A stretch of DNA of 64,000 bases from Candidatus Latescibacterota bacterium (GCA_965237525.1 CBDEFO010000008.1:1376001-1440000); one strand, 5' to 3'. Counted from the stretch's first letter, positions 1 to 10,257 are shown. Notes: generated by a model from the letters alone, not told the origin. Numbers and translations are program-made.

Positions 1-45
1 CGAAGCAACTGCTCATCTGTTGCCCCCCGCGCCCATGACGAGCAT
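1..45 (-). CDS. Possible 5' end of a gene running off the window (MLVMGAGATDEQLL..., reminiscent of a DAHP-synthase N-terminus)
   Basis: ATG at 45 on the minus strand preceded by GGAG; only 15 codons visible. Confidence 0.25.
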
Positions 46-65
46 CTCCTGTCTACCTGTTGTCG

Positions 66-1535
66 TCAAATAGGATCAAGTGGATACAGCGGTCTGGGCC
101 TGTAGTGATAGGTAAACTGCTCCGGGCCAGCGGCGGTCACGCCGGGCGTATCGACCGGGATGATTCTCGCCGAGACCGGTTCGTATGCCGCCCGCGGGGC
201 TATGACGCCCTTGGCCACGATGATCTTCTTCGTCTCGGGACGGATTCCGAGGCTCAGGATCTGATGGAGGCTCATCGGCGCCTCGCGCAGGCTGTTGAGC
301 ACTATAGTGTGGCCCTCATCTGTCTCTACAACCGCGGTGATGCCCTGATCGAAGAAGCGTTTCCCGCCGTGCCGCGGCTCGGGTTCTATATATTTTCCGT
401 CGGAGATCGTCCGGACCTGTCCTTGGATCGGGACCGGAGCCCCGTGGCGGCGGTCGGTCTTGCCGCCCACTTCCAGTTGTACGGTCTTGCGGACGCCTGC
501 CTCCACGCACGCTCGTACGGATTCTGGATCGTACAGGACAACGAGGCAGTTTTGAACGCCCTGTCTTATGATCTCAGAAAGGAGGATCGTCGAATCCCCC
601 GGGCTGCCGCCGCCCACGTTGTCCCCGCAGTCCATCAGAGTAACCGGGCAGCTCGGACTTGCTGCTGCCTCCTTAACCGCAGTCTCCGGGTCCGGCAATT
701 TCATGTTTAGCCCCTCCCGCCGCTCCCATACGAAATCGGAGAGACGCTCTGCCTCGGCCTCTGCCCGCTCCTTGTCTGCTTCGGCGGCCACGACAGCGGC
801 CGGGCCCAGATCGGGAACGTCCGCATAGGCAAACCCGACTGCAAAGGAGGCGGACAGGATGCCTGGAAGGTTAGCTATCCTCTGAACTTCACCTACGATC
901 TCGGCCATAGCACCTGCCCCGGTATGGTGCTGAGCGATGTTGGGAAGCAGTGAGGGTTTCTTCATCGCCTGCACGGGATGGATCTCCCCTCTTACCGTCC
1001 GGGCGATTAGCGCAGCGCACTCAATGCCTCTTTCCCGCTGGTCGAGGTGGGGACAGGTCCGGTAGATCACAGTCGCAGTGGGACAATCCACCATCCGGGA
1101 CGATACGTTGGCATGCAGATCGAGCGACAACACGATCGGAAAATTAGGCCCCAATTCACGGCGCAGACGCTCTGCCGTCTCTCCGTCAGCATTCGGATAA
1201 GCCTGACAGACCATCGCCCCGTGCAGAGCTAACAGGAGGCCGTCCAACTGACCGGCCTTGCGAAGGCCTTCGATAAGGTCACCGACGATCTTCTCATAGG
1301 CCTCCTCTGTGACCGTACCAGAAGGCGTCGCCGATGCCATCAGGATCGGCACGGCCTCAAAGCCATTTTCCTCTGCGCCCGCGATAAAGCCTCCCATCTC
1401 GTGGTGCGCGTCTTTCCAGACCTCAATTACGTCCTCTCCATAGTGTAGGCTTGAGTCCTCAAAGTGCTTGAGTGTGGTGGGTACATCTGAAAACGTATTC
1501 GATTCGTGCATAAAACCGGCAAGTGCAATGCGCAT
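66..1535 (-). CDS. M81-family metallopeptidase (MlrC-like)
   Basis: HESNTFS, LHGAM, LDLHAN, PHLD and DNxGGG motifs; GGAGG RBS before ATG 1535. Confidence 0.9.
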   Translation of the reverse strand: MRIALAGFMHESNTFSDVPTTLKHFEDSSLHYGEDVIEVWKDAHHEMGGFIAGAEENGFEAVPILMASATPSGTVTEEAYEKIVGDLIEGLRKAGQLDGLLLALHGAMVCQAYPNADGETAERLRRELGPNFPIVLSLDLHANVSSRMVDCPTATVIYRTCPHLDQRERGIECAALIARTVRGEIHPVQAMKKPSLLPNIAQHHTGAGAMAEIVGEVQRIANLPGILSASFAVGFAYADVPDLGPAAVVAAEADKERAEAEAERLSDFVWERREGLNMKLPDPETAVKEAAASPSCPVTLMDCGDNVGGGSPGDSTILLSEIIRQGVQNCLVVLYDPESVRACVEAGVRKTVQLEVGGKTDRRHGAPVPIQGQVRTISDGKYIEPEPRHGGKRFFDQGITAVVETDEGHTIVLNSLREAPMSLHQILSLGIRPETKKIIVAKGVIAPRAAYEPVSARIIPVDTPGVTAAGPEQFTYHYRPRPLYPLDPI

Positions 1536-1561
1536 AGCTCCCTCCTCAACCACTATACAGT

Positions 1562-1588
1562 TGCCCCCGATTGAATCTATCGGGGGCA
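1562..1588. repeat. CCCCGATTGAATCTATCGGGG mini-hairpin, copy 1 of 9
   Basis: Other copies at 1821-1841 (rev), 2555-2573, 7362-7384, 9341-9357 (rev), 11677-11697, 11756-11779, 14584-14603 (rev) and 47247-47268 (rev). Confidence 0.9.
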
Positions 1589-1809
1589 GACAGGGACTCC
1601 CCTCAAGTATTTCGTGAACGTCAATTTACCTTCTTTACAGACCAAAAATATAGAAGGGCTCGATACCTGTCAATGTTTTTTTTGAATAGATCCCGCATTT
1701 GTGCATGTAATAGCCCATACACGGCACGGGTTATGAATGTGACTCTGATTCGGAAAGGTAAACCTTAAGTTTTGCAAAGAGATAACAATTTGCACGAACG
1801 AATGTTTTC

Positions 1810-1878
1810 GTAGGGGCGGTCCCCGATAGATTCAATCGGGGACCACTCGCCCCAAGGGCGGGATAACCCCGCCCTTAC
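1810..1878. repeat. GTAG-type REP doublet with the mini-hairpin nested in the first arm
   Basis: GTAGGGGCGG-T[CCCCGATAGATTCAATCGGGG]ACC-ACTCGCCCC...GGGCGGGATAACCCCGCCCTTAC. Confidence 0.75.
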
Positions 1879-2001
1879 ATTGTTACAATCGTGAATGTGA
1901 TATTTCTCTTGACTTTGGATATATCCCCTTGTAGATTTAGGGAGTAATACAAAACGACGGTGAGGCATCAGGACAAAAAGACAAGGTAATAAGAGCAGGA
2001 G

Positions 2002-2508
2002 GTGAAAGTCGTGAAATTGAATGGCGATGTATCGTCTGCGCTGATTTTAGCCATTTTTGCAATTCTATCAGGCTGTGGGGAAGATAGCAGTCTGAGTTTC
2101 ATTTCCTCTACACCTACGGGCACAGGTCAGCTCGCTCTGGCACATTCATTCGAAGACGGGTTCGATCTGTCTTCTGGCACGATCTCCTCTTCCAGCGGAG
2201 ACTTCTCTGCCGCTCGTATAGATGGCAACGCTATGATCTACGCCATAGTTCCAGCTCAATTAGAGGATAGAAGCATATCTAACTTCAGTTCTATATCCAA
2301 GAGAGATCTAGTCGGTCCAGAGACGTTGAAGGTTGTGGAAGAACACTACTACGCCGTCAAGACCAAGGAGGCTGACTTTGGGAAAATCTTTGTAACTGCA
2401 GTAGAGGATTCCTCCCTAACTTTCGATTACTGGTATCCCGTACCTTTCAGAGATACAAGCAAGCCACCTCCGAGTGGCGGCGGGGGCGGAGGCGGCCATC
2501 CATATTAA
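2002..2508 (+). CDS. Hypothetical lipoprotein with Pro/Gly low-complexity tail
   Basis: Hydrophobic signal with lipobox LSGC; AGGAG RBS; ends PPPSGGGGGGGHPY. Confidence 0.75.
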   Translation: MKVVKLNGDVSSALILAIFAILSGCGEDSSLSFISSTPTGTGQLALAHSFEDGFDLSSGTISSSSGDFSAARIDGNAMIYAIVPAQLEDRSISNFSSISKRDLVGPETLKVVEEHYYAVKTKEADFGKIFVTAVEDSSLTFDYWYPVPFRDTSKPPPSGGGGGGGHPY

Positions 2509-2657
2509 CAAGTAAGTAGATAGTAGATAGGGGGCACATCCTTCTTTCCCTTGTCCCCGATTGAGCCTATCGGAGGGGAGCAATTTCGTAGACAGTAGAC
2601 GGTGTGGCAGCGCTTCTCCCTGTACCGGGATTTTTTCAGCCCATTTTGGATTTCATC

Positions 2658-2715
2658 TTGACAAGGAGTTCCTTTTTTCTTTAATTGTTGACTAAGTGTA
2701 TCAACAATTAAAGAA
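2658..2715 (+). promoter_or_regulatory. sigma70-type promoter overlapped by a perfect 15-bp inverted-repeat operator (Rrf2/IscR-like)
   Basis: TTGACA 2658-2663; TTCTTTAATTGTTGA (2677-2691)-N9-TCAACAATTAAAGAA (2701-2715). Confidence 0.7.
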
Positions 2716-2780
2716 TTCCAATGCTTTTGCGATTACCAAGTACTTAGCCAACTGCCAACGAAAACATCAGGAGATGCAAG

Positions 2781-3185
2781 ATGCCAGAGCAAATCGAGCT
2801 GAACCCTGAATGGCCGTGGACGAAAAAATTCCGGATTTCCCAGGGCATGCGGGTGGGGAACACGGTGTACCTCTCGGGACAGATCGCTTTCGACCCGGAG
2901 GGCAACGTGGTCGGTGTGGATGACATGGGCGAACAGGCGCACCAGGTGTTCAAGAATATGCGAACGGTCCTCGCCGAGGCTGGAGCAACCATGGAGGACG
3001 TGGTAAAGCTCACGGCGTTCATCACCAACTTCAGCAGGTACGCCGACTACGCTGCGGCTCGTGCAGAGGCTTTCCCTAACAATATCGCGGCCAGCTCCAC
3101 GGTCGCAACGCCGGCGCTCGTAAACCCTGACCTGCTCGTCGAAGTCGAGGCGATCGCGGAGATCGGAAGCGGGGTCCAAACGTAG
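2781..3185 (+). CDS. RidA/YjgF/YER057c family protein
   Basis: VYLSGQIA, DVVK and LLVEVEAIA motifs. Confidence 0.9.
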   Translation: MPEQIELNPEWPWTKKFRISQGMRVGNTVYLSGQIAFDPEGNVVGVDDMGEQAHQVFKNMRTVLAEAGATMEDVVKLTAFITNFSRYADYAAARAEAFPNNIAASSTVATPALVNPDLLVEVEAIAEIGSGVQT

Positions 3186-3293
3186 TTGCCGATCCCTGAA
3201 ACATTAGGTTACATATAACAGCCAAAACATCTGTGGCACTTTTCAATTAATGTAGGTAAAGCAGCCTACTTCAAATATAGATAGGTGATTCGT

Positions 3294-5558
3294 ATGACCA
3301 AAGCTAATATCGGCTGGAAAGAGAAACTTGCAGACAGAATTCCGCCAGATCTGGTAGAGGAGATAGATATTTTCGAAACTCAGATCCAGCTGAGAAAGCA
3401 GGGCAAGATCGATGAAAAGGTCTTTGCGGAGACTCGTCTGCGGCGCGGAGTGTATGGTCAGCGCTACGACAATGGACAGCGTAATAATGGGGTAAAGACC
3501 CAGCAGATTAAGTTTCCCTCTGAGGAACTTACAAAGGGTCCTAACACGTTGTGGGACGCCCCTGGGATGATGCGGATTAAGATCCCCTTTGGCGGAGTGA
3601 CAACCGAGCAGATGGACGTTTTGGCCGATTTGGCAGAGGAGTATTCCGACGGAATCTCTCATATTACCACCCGTCAGGATATCCAATATCACTTCGTCCA
3701 TATTGACGACACTCCGACCCTTATGCGGCGGCTCGCGGCTGTCGGCATCACAACCAGAGAGGCGTGCGGCAACGCCGTTCGCAATGTGACCGCCTGCCCT
3801 CTGGCAGGGGTCTGTTCAGATGAGACCTTTGACATTACTCCTTACGCCAAGGCGTGCTCCAAGTTTCTGCTCGGCCACCCGGATACACAGGACTTCGGAC
3901 GCAAATTCAAGGTGGCGTTCTCAGGCTGCACGCAACACGCCTGCGGTCTGGTGAATATGCACGATATGGGCGCTGTCGCCGTAAAGCGCAAAGAGAACGG
4001 AGTAGAAAAGCGAGGTTTTGAATTCTATGTGGGTGGCGGCCTGGGAGCCGTTCCACATCAGGCAAAACTATTTGATGAATTTCTGCCGGAGGAAGAGCTT
4101 TTACCGATGGCGCAGGCGATCTCCCGGGTCTATGCTCGCATGGGCGAAAAGAAGAATCGGGCCCGCGCCCGAATCAAGTTCCTGGTCGCCAATTTGGGCA
4201 TAGATAAATTCAAAGAACTCGTACTTGAGGAACGGGAGAAGCTCCTGACCGAGCCTGAATGGACGGCATATCTTTCCGACATCAATGCGTACGATGAAAC
4301 GCCCCTTAAGGAGGGACAACCCTTAAACGGCGCTGTGCCTCCTGAAGGGTTCGACCGGTGGTATGCAACCAACGTTCATCCACAAAAACAGGGTGGATAT
4401 GTCGTAGTAACCGTGACTCTGCCCCTAGGCGATATTACCTCTGACCAGTTCCGAGCCCTGGCGGACATTTCGCGGCGCTTCGTTAAGGATACTATACGAA
4501 CTACAGTGGAGCAGAATATCGTGCTGCGCTGGGTGCGCGAAGCCGACCTGCCGGAACTTTATACGGAGCTTCGTAAGATCGGTCTGGGAGATGCCGGTGC
4601 AGGGACGATTGTGGACGTGACAGCCTGCCCCGGGACGGATACGTGTAAACTGGGAATCGCCTCTTCGCGAGGTCTTGCTGGGGAACTGCGAAATCGGCTT
4701 GTAGAAAAGAGCTTTCAGTTTGATGAAGCCATCAGAAATCTGCGGATCAAGATCAGCGGCTGCTTCAATGCGTGCGGTCAACACCACATCTCTGACATCG
4801 GCTTCTACGGAATCAGCAGAAAGGTCCAAGGTTACACTGTGCCCCATTTCCAGGTGGTGTTAGGAGGCCAGTGGGTGGAAAACGCCGGATCGTTCGGACT
4901 GGCGGTAGGCGCTGTTCCCTCCCGCCGAATACCCGATGTGGTGACCGTAATCACAGATCGGTATCTGCAGGACCGATCAAACGGAGAAAGCTTCCAGGAT
5001 TTTATCCGCAGGATCGGCAAGAGCGAAGTCAAGAAGCTATTGGACGATCTGACACAGGTTCCACCTCACGATATAGACAGCTCCTACTATAGCGATTGGG
5101 GCGACCCGCGGGAATTTACGATAAAGGATATGGGAGTAGGAGAGTGCGCAGGGGAAGTGATCTCTGTGGTAGAGTTCGGCCTATCTGCTTCAGATCGCGA
5201 AGTCTTCGAAGCCCAGATACAATTAGATAGCGGGGAGTTCCAAAAGGCAACCCAGATGGCCTACAGTTCTATGCTCCGTGCAGCCCAAGCGCTCGTCAAA
5301 ACGCAAAATGTCGACATCTCAGATGATGAAGAGGAGATCATCAGTGAATTTCGAGAGCGCCTCTGCAATACGGAGCTATTCTATGACACTTATGCGAGGG
5401 CCAAATTTGCAAACTACCTTTTCAAGGCGAAGAAAAGGCCAACTGTCGAGTACACTCAGGATATAGCCCATCGCCGAATAGAAGAGGCGCAACTCTTTAT
5501 CGAAGCGGCGTACAGTTGCTACGGTAAGATGAATGTCACCCCCTTAAAAGTCAAGTAG
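3294..5558 (+). CDS. Siroheme/4Fe-4S nitrite/sulfite reductase with C-terminal HEPN-like helical domain
   Basis: TTRQDIQ, REACGNAVRNVTACP, SGCTQHAC and second-repeat ACPGTDTC / SGCFNACGQH. Confidence 0.9.
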   Translation: MTKANIGWKEKLADRIPPDLVEEIDIFETQIQLRKQGKIDEKVFAETRLRRGVYGQRYDNGQRNNGVKTQQIKFPSEELTKGPNTLWDAPGMMRIKIPFGGVTTEQMDVLADLAEEYSDGISHITTRQDIQYHFVHIDDTPTLMRRLAAVGITTREACGNAVRNVTACPLAGVCSDETFDITPYAKACSKFLLGHPDTQDFGRKFKVAFSGCTQHACGLVNMHDMGAVAVKRKENGVEKRGFEFYVGGGLGAVPHQAKLFDEFLPEEELLPMAQAISRVYARMGEKKNRARARIKFLVANLGIDKFKELVLEEREKLLTEPEWTAYLSDINAYDETPLKEGQPLNGAVPPEGFDRWYATNVHPQKQGGYVVVTVTLPLGDITSDQFRALADISRRFVKDTIRTTVEQNIVLRWVREADLPELYTELRKIGLGDAGAGTIVDVTACPGTDTCKLGIASSRGLAGELRNRLVEKSFQFDEAIRNLRIKISGCFNACGQHHISDIGFYGISRKVQGYTVPHFQVVLGGQWVENAGSFGLAVGAVPSRRIPDVVTVITDRYLQDRSNGESFQDFIRRIGKSEVKKLLDDLTQVPPHDIDSSYYSDWGDPREFTIKDMGVGECAGEVISVVEFGLSASDREVFEAQIQLDSGEFQKATQMAYSSMLRAAQALVKTQNVDISDDEEEIISEFRERLCNTELFYDTYARAKFANYLFKAKKRPTVEYTQDIAHRRIEEAQLFIEAAYSCYGKMNVTPLKVK

Positions 5559-5585
5559 ACAGTAGACAGCAGACAGGGAAAGGCA

Positions 5586-5615
5586 GTAGGGACGAACCTG
5601 TATGTTCGCCCCTAC
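5586..5615. repeat. GTAG-type REP preceded by TAGACAG heptamers
   Basis: GTAGGGACGAACCTGTATGTTCGCCCCTAC; related copies at 9515-9575, 16756-16774, 20333-20381 and ~39271-39294. Confidence 0.75.
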
Positions 5616-5635
5616 AAGAGGATCTGCAGGTTTTT

Positions 5636-6226
5636 ATGGACGTGCAAAAGATCAATGTGAAGTTCTACGCTGAGGATCCCTCAGTAGTACGCCTGAAGGA
5701 TTTCATCGGGATCTTTACCTCCTGGATACAAAACACCGACGATGAGGATGAAGTCATCTACCTGGATATTGCCGATTACAGCCACATTTACGCCGGTCCG
5801 GGAGTGGTTCTCATCGGCCACAGAGCGGACTTTAGTATGGATAACGCCGATAACCGCCTCGGCCTTTTGTACAACCGCAAGCAACCGCTAAATGGCAACA
5901 ATCGGGAAAAGCTCCTTTTTGCATTTCGATCGGCACTCAAGGCGTGTTGTCGCCTGGAGGAGGAGGCATCGCTTGGGGAGAAGCTGAAGTTTAAGGGGAA
6001 TGAAGTGCTCTTTACCATCAACGATCGGCTCCTGGCGCCCAATACTCAAGAGACATTTTCCAACATCAAGCCCGACCTGGACGATCTGTTAAAGACGCTC
6101 TATGCCGGTTCTGATTTTGACCTCAACTGGAGAGAAGATCCGAAGCAGAGATTTGCCGTACACCTCACAACAACGACTCCTTTTGACATCTCAACTCTCC
6201 TGAAACATCTCGAAGATGCTTCGTAA
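5636..6226 (+). CDS. Hypothetical protein co-transcribed with the reductase
   Basis: 196-aa ORF (DIADYSH, GPGVVLIG, GLLYNRK) followed by a terminator. Confidence 0.8.
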   Translation: MDVQKINVKFYAEDPSVVRLKDFIGIFTSWIQNTDDEDEVIYLDIADYSHIYAGPGVVLIGHRADFSMDNADNRLGLLYNRKQPLNGNNREKLLFAFRSALKACCRLEEEASLGEKLKFKGNEVLFTINDRLLAPNTQETFSNIKPDLDDLLKTLYAGSDFDLNWREDPKQRFAVHLTTTTPFDISTLLKHLEDAS

Positions 6227-6262
6227 TTAGCTATTGGTCTATTGCTTCTTCATCTACATACA

Positions 6263-6296
6263 AAGAGTCCGTAGGATTGTGCCTTGCGGGCTTTTT
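6263..6296 (+). terminator. Intrinsic terminator
   Basis: AGAGTCCGTAGG...CCTTGCGGGCTTTTT. Confidence 0.65.
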
Positions 6297-6450
6297 GCTT
6301 TAGCTCATAAAAATCAATTGCATTAATTAAGCCGATTTAGTATATTCAAAGTAGACCAGATATCGGCTTATTATGGAGGTAAAAGCAAGACAGTAGATAG
6401 AAGATTGGGAGGAGGAGTGCCCTGTCTACGGTTTGCTGTCTACTATTTAT

Positions 6451-7251
6451 ATGTCTCTTTTAAACGACATAACCTTGGGCAGATACGTATCTGTGGATTC
6501 CACTGTTCACAGGTTGGATCCACGGACTAAGCTCGGGGCGTGCATGGTTTTGATGTCTGCCATTCTGATTGGAGATAGTTTCCTGGGACTAATAGGTCTT
6601 CTATTCTGTCTTTTGGGGATCACCGCGCGCTCTAATTTGCCTTATGGGTTAGTGCTAAGGAACTTGAGGCCCTTTATGTGGCTCTTTATGTTGACGTTCG
6701 GTCTGCACGCTTTTCGGACTCCGGGCGCGGTTTTGTGGAATGTTCCGCTTATAGATGTGGGTATGACAGCGGAGGGCCTCAGCGAGGGGATTTTTCTGGC
6801 TGTACGGCTTTCGACTCTGATCATAGCCGCTTCACTTTTGACGTTGACTACTTCTCCTATGGAGTTGACGGACGGTCTTGAGAGACTCTTGACCCCATTT
6901 AAAAGATTCGGAGTCCCGGCTTATGAGCTTTCCGCCGTGACTTCCATCGCCCTTAGATTCATCCCGACCTTAATGGACGAGGCCCACAGGATAAGACAGG
7001 CTCAACTTGCAAGGGGAGCGTCGTTTGAGGGCGGACTTGTCAAGAGAATAAAGAGCCTGATCCCACTCTTGGTACCTCTATTTCTGTCCGCCTTCAGGCG
7101 CGCGGACCGGCTGGCCCTGGCGATGGAATCCCGATGCTACAAAGGAGGCGAAGGTAGGACGAGCTTGGTGGAACTGAGGTTCAAGGCTTCCGACCTACTG
7201 GCGATAGGAACTGTGGTGCTTTTGTCAATAATTGTGATAACTTACGCTTGA
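6451..7251 (+). CDS. ecfT: ECF transporter transmembrane component T
   Basis: HRLDPRTK, ALRFIP, AQLARG and LAMESR motifs; TTGCAT-N17-TATATT promoter at 6318-6346. Confidence 0.92.
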   Translation: MSLLNDITLGRYVSVDSTVHRLDPRTKLGACMVLMSAILIGDSFLGLIGLLFCLLGITARSNLPYGLVLRNLRPFMWLFMLTFGLHAFRTPGAVLWNVPLIDVGMTAEGLSEGIFLAVRLSTLIIAASLLTLTTSPMELTDGLERLLTPFKRFGVPAYELSAVTSIALRFIPTLMDEAHRIRQAQLARGASFEGGLVKRIKSLIPLLVPLFLSAFRRADRLALAMESRCYKGGEGRTSLVELRFKASDLLAIGTVVLLSIIVITYA

Positions 7252-7414
7252 GGAACCTCTTTTTAAGCAGACAGCGAACAGCAGACTGCATACAGGGCAA
7301 CCTTGCCCCCTTGAAAAATAGCAAACAGGGATGGAAGGCAGTGCCCCCTGTCTACTGTCTACCCCCGAGTGAATCTATCGGGGGCTACTACCTACAGGGA
7401 GGTCTCTTTATCCC

Positions 7415-8158
7415 TTGGCTGTGGATACGCGCAACATCCGGCTGAGGCTCGAATACGACGGGACTAATTTTCACGGATGGCAAATCCAGCCGGGCCCTAG
7501 GACAGTGCAGGGGACGATAGTCAAAAAGCTATGCGTTCTGCTCGGGGAGGAGCTATCTTTAACCGGGGCAGGGCGGACGGATGCTGGGGTTCATGCCAGG
7601 GGGCAGGTCGCAAATTTCCATACGCGATCAGGGCTGGATGTGGAGAGCATCCAGAGGGGTCTCAACAGTCTGCTTCCCGATGACATTGTCGTCCTCGGTG
7701 CTTACGAAGTAGAAGGAAATTTCAACGCCAGATTCGACGCCACAAGTCGCGTCTATGTTTATAGAATATCGAAGCCAAAAAGAGCCATCGGAAGATTCTA
7801 CGCTTGGCATTTGGAGAGGGATATGGATCTTGGGTCGATGCAGGAGGCTTCGAGCCTTTTAATTGGAACTCACGATTTCTCGTCTTTCTGTTCGTCTTCC
7901 ACTGACGTAGAGAACAGAATATGCACTGTATCGTCGTCCCGATGGAGAAAGGAGGGATCGGAACTTACGTTTCAGATAGAGGCGGATCGCTTTCTCCACA
8001 ACATGGTTAGAGCTATAGTCGGTACCATAGTGGAGATAGGCGGGGGCAAAATGTGCCCGTGCAGAATGAAGGAGATCCTAAAGACAAAGGACAGGACAGT
8101 GGCGGGGCCCACCGCTCCGGCCTGCGGACTCTGCTTGATAGAGGTGAAATATCAGTGA
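7415..8158 (+). CDS. truA: tRNA pseudouridine(38-40) synthase
   Basis: EYDGTNFHGWQ, GAGRTDAGVHA, FLHNMVR. Confidence 0.97.
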   Translation: MAVDTRNIRLRLEYDGTNFHGWQIQPGPRTVQGTIVKKLCVLLGEELSLTGAGRTDAGVHARGQVANFHTRSGLDVESIQRGLNSLLPDDIVVLGAYEVEGNFNARFDATSRVYVYRISKPKRAIGRFYAWHLERDMDLGSMQEASSLLIGTHDFSSFCSSSTDVENRICTVSSSRWRKEGSELTFQIEADRFLHNMVRAIVGTIVEIGGGKMCPCRMKEILKTKDRTVAGPTAPACGLCLIEVKYQ

Positions 8159-9363
8159 TCAAGGCCCCCATCAGGTGGCGATTTTCGGCATTGGGACTCT
8201 TGGCGGTATGTATAGCAGGTGCGATCGCAAGCGTCCTGTTCCCAGGCCAAGCCTACGCTCAGGCACCTTACGGGGATATTGAAAGTTCAAGGAGAAACTC
8301 CCTCGTCAGGGCTGTCGAGTCTATCGAGCCCGCTGTGGCAAGCATAAGTGTTACTGAGATCAGGGAGTACGTGACAGGGAGTCCCTTTATCTTCAACGAC
8401 CCTTTTTTTGAATTATTTATGCCCAGAAGGAGGATAAGAAGACAGCTCAAGAACTTCGGCTCAGGCTTCATAGCTGACAAAAGGGGCTATATCCTCACGA
8501 ATGCGCATGTGGTAAAAGACGCCTATAAGATTGTCGTCAACCTTCCCGATGGAAGGAACTTTGAAATTGAGGATGCCAGTAAGCAGGTGTGGACAGACGA
8601 ACGCCTGGATATAGCAGTCATAAAGCTGAACGCAAAAGACCTTCCAGCGGCAGGGCTCGGGGATTCTGACGAGACATTTATCGGCAAGTGGGCCATTGCT
8701 CTCGGCAACCCATTCGGACTCTTTGAAGAATCTAAACCGTCCGTGTCCGTGGGCGTTATAAGCGCCCTCGGAAGGGATTTCGACCAGAGAGACTCCGGAA
8801 GGGCTATCTACAGGGATATGATCCAGACGGATGCTTCGATCAATCCTGGAAACAGCGGCGGTCCTCTTGTAAATAGCGACGGAGAGGTCATAGGGATAAA
8901 TACGTTCACAATTACCGGGAGCCGCACCAACACAACATCTATCGGAATAGGCTTTGCCATTCCGATAAACAGAGCCAAAAAGACACTCAATGAGGTTATT
9001 ACTCACGATAGGATAAGACCGACCTGGGTGGGATTTACACCTCAGGACTTAAATCGACTTATCGCTCAAAGTTTAAATCTAAAGTCCACAGAGGGTGTAA
9101 TAGTCTCCGATGTAGAGAAGAGTGGACCTTCAGATAAGGCTGGGATAAAGGTCTGGGACATCATAGTCGAGGTGAACGGCGAACTCATAAAAGATGTAAA
9201 CAGTGTAAAGGGGATATTCTGGGAAGCTACGGTGGGGGACGCCTATAAGATCAAGTTGATAAGGCAGGGGGAAGAGATAGAGACAACACTGAAGGTGGAA
9301 GAGCTTGAAGTAAGTAGACAGGTGCCCCTGCTGATCCCGCCCGATAGATTCAATCGGAGGTAG
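8155..9363 (+). CDS. HtrA/DegP-like trypsin protease with one PDZ domain
   Basis: GSGFI, TNAHVV, IQTDASINPGNSGGPL; GTG start overlaps the truA stop. Confidence 0.93.
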   Translation: MIKAPIRWRFSALGLLAVCIAGAIASVLFPGQAYAQAPYGDIESSRRNSLVRAVESIEPAVASISVTEIREYVTGSPFIFNDPFFELFMPRRRIRRQLKNFGSGFIADKRGYILTNAHVVKDAYKIVVNLPDGRNFEIEDASKQVWTDERLDIAVIKLNAKDLPAAGLGDSDETFIGKWAIALGNPFGLFEESKPSVSVGVISALGRDFDQRDSGRAIYRDMIQTDASINPGNSGGPLVNSDGEVIGINTFTITGSRTNTTSIGIGFAIPINRAKKTLNEVITHDRIRPTWVGFTPQDLNRLIAQSLNLKSTEGVIVSDVEKSGPSDKAGIKVWDIIVEVNGELIKDVNSVKGIFWEATVGDAYKIKLIRQGEEIETTLKVEELEVSRQVPLLIPPDRFNRR

Positions 9364-9603
9364 ACAGGCAAAAACGTAGAAAGTGGAGTGTAAGAGGGTA
9401 CATTGCTTAGGAGTGAACCACCCTGCAATGACAAGGGCGTCAATAGCAAATGAGCCGTCATTGGGAAAAGTAGCGTAGGAAGCTGGTAGCAAGTGAGCAG
9501 GAAGGGCAAGGGCAGTAGGGACGAACCCAGGTCTTCGCCCGAATTTTCAGGACACACATGCGGGTCTGCCCCTACAGATCTTATTTTCGCCCTGACGTAA
9601 ATT

Positions 9604-10224
9604 ATGGCAAGAGAAGGTATCCCATTTTTGGCAGCGACTGCCCTGATTAGCGGGGCATTCTGGGGTCTCTTTGCCCTCTTTGGAGGAGCGGGCTTAAAGT
9701 GGATTTCTCTTTGTTCACTTACTATTCCCGTCTTTATAGCATATTTTTTCAGAGACCCGCAAAGAAGCCCTCCCCAGGGAGAGGGCCTTATAGTATCTGC
9801 TGCCGACGGCAAGGTAGTAGAGATAAAAAGCCTACCCGAAGGTTACCAGATAAGCGTATTCTTATCTGCATTTGACGTTCACATAAACAGGATACCCTTT
9901 TCGGGGAAGGTAACTTCTGTTGAACACCGTCCGGGGAGGTTCCTCGTAGCATCAAATAACCGGGCATCCTTTGAAAATGAACAGACCGTAGTAGGAATAG
10001 AAAGGGGGGATACAAAACTCCTTGTGAAGCAGATAGCCGGACTCTTAGCCCGAAGGATCGTGTGCAACTTAAAGGAAAACGACGATGTAGAAAAAGGTGA
10101 CAGATTCGGACTCATAAAGTTCGGCTCCCGCGTTGACCTTATCGTGCCTGAGAATACTAATATCCAGGTTAAGGTCAAAGATAGAGTAAAAGGTGGCGAG
10201 ACAGTCATAGCCACTTTAGTCTAG
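9604..10224 (+). CDS. psd: Phosphatidylserine decarboxylase proenzyme (short type)
   Basis: FFRDP, DVHINR, QIAG and KFGSRVD self-cleavage motif. Confidence 0.95.
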   Translation: MAREGIPFLAATALISGAFWGLFALFGGAGLKWISLCSLTIPVFIAYFFRDPQRSPPQGEGLIVSAADGKVVEIKSLPEGYQISVFLSAFDVHINRIPFSGKVTSVEHRPGRFLVASNNRASFENEQTVVGIERGDTKLLVKQIAGLLARRIVCNLKENDDVEKGDRFGLIKFGSRVDLIVPENTNIQVKVKDRVKGGETVIATLV

Positions 10225-10257
10225 AGAGGAGAGTCTTTCTATGCAAGGACTTCAAAG

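Noticed and set aside
60..710. 216-aa plus-strand ORF and similar overlapping ORFs throughout the window
   Set aside because: Antisense or alternative frames of well-supported genes, without recognisable motifs
6300..6450. Vitamin riboswitch upstream of ecfT
   Set aside because: No recognisable aptamer; the leader is occupied by TAGACAG repeats
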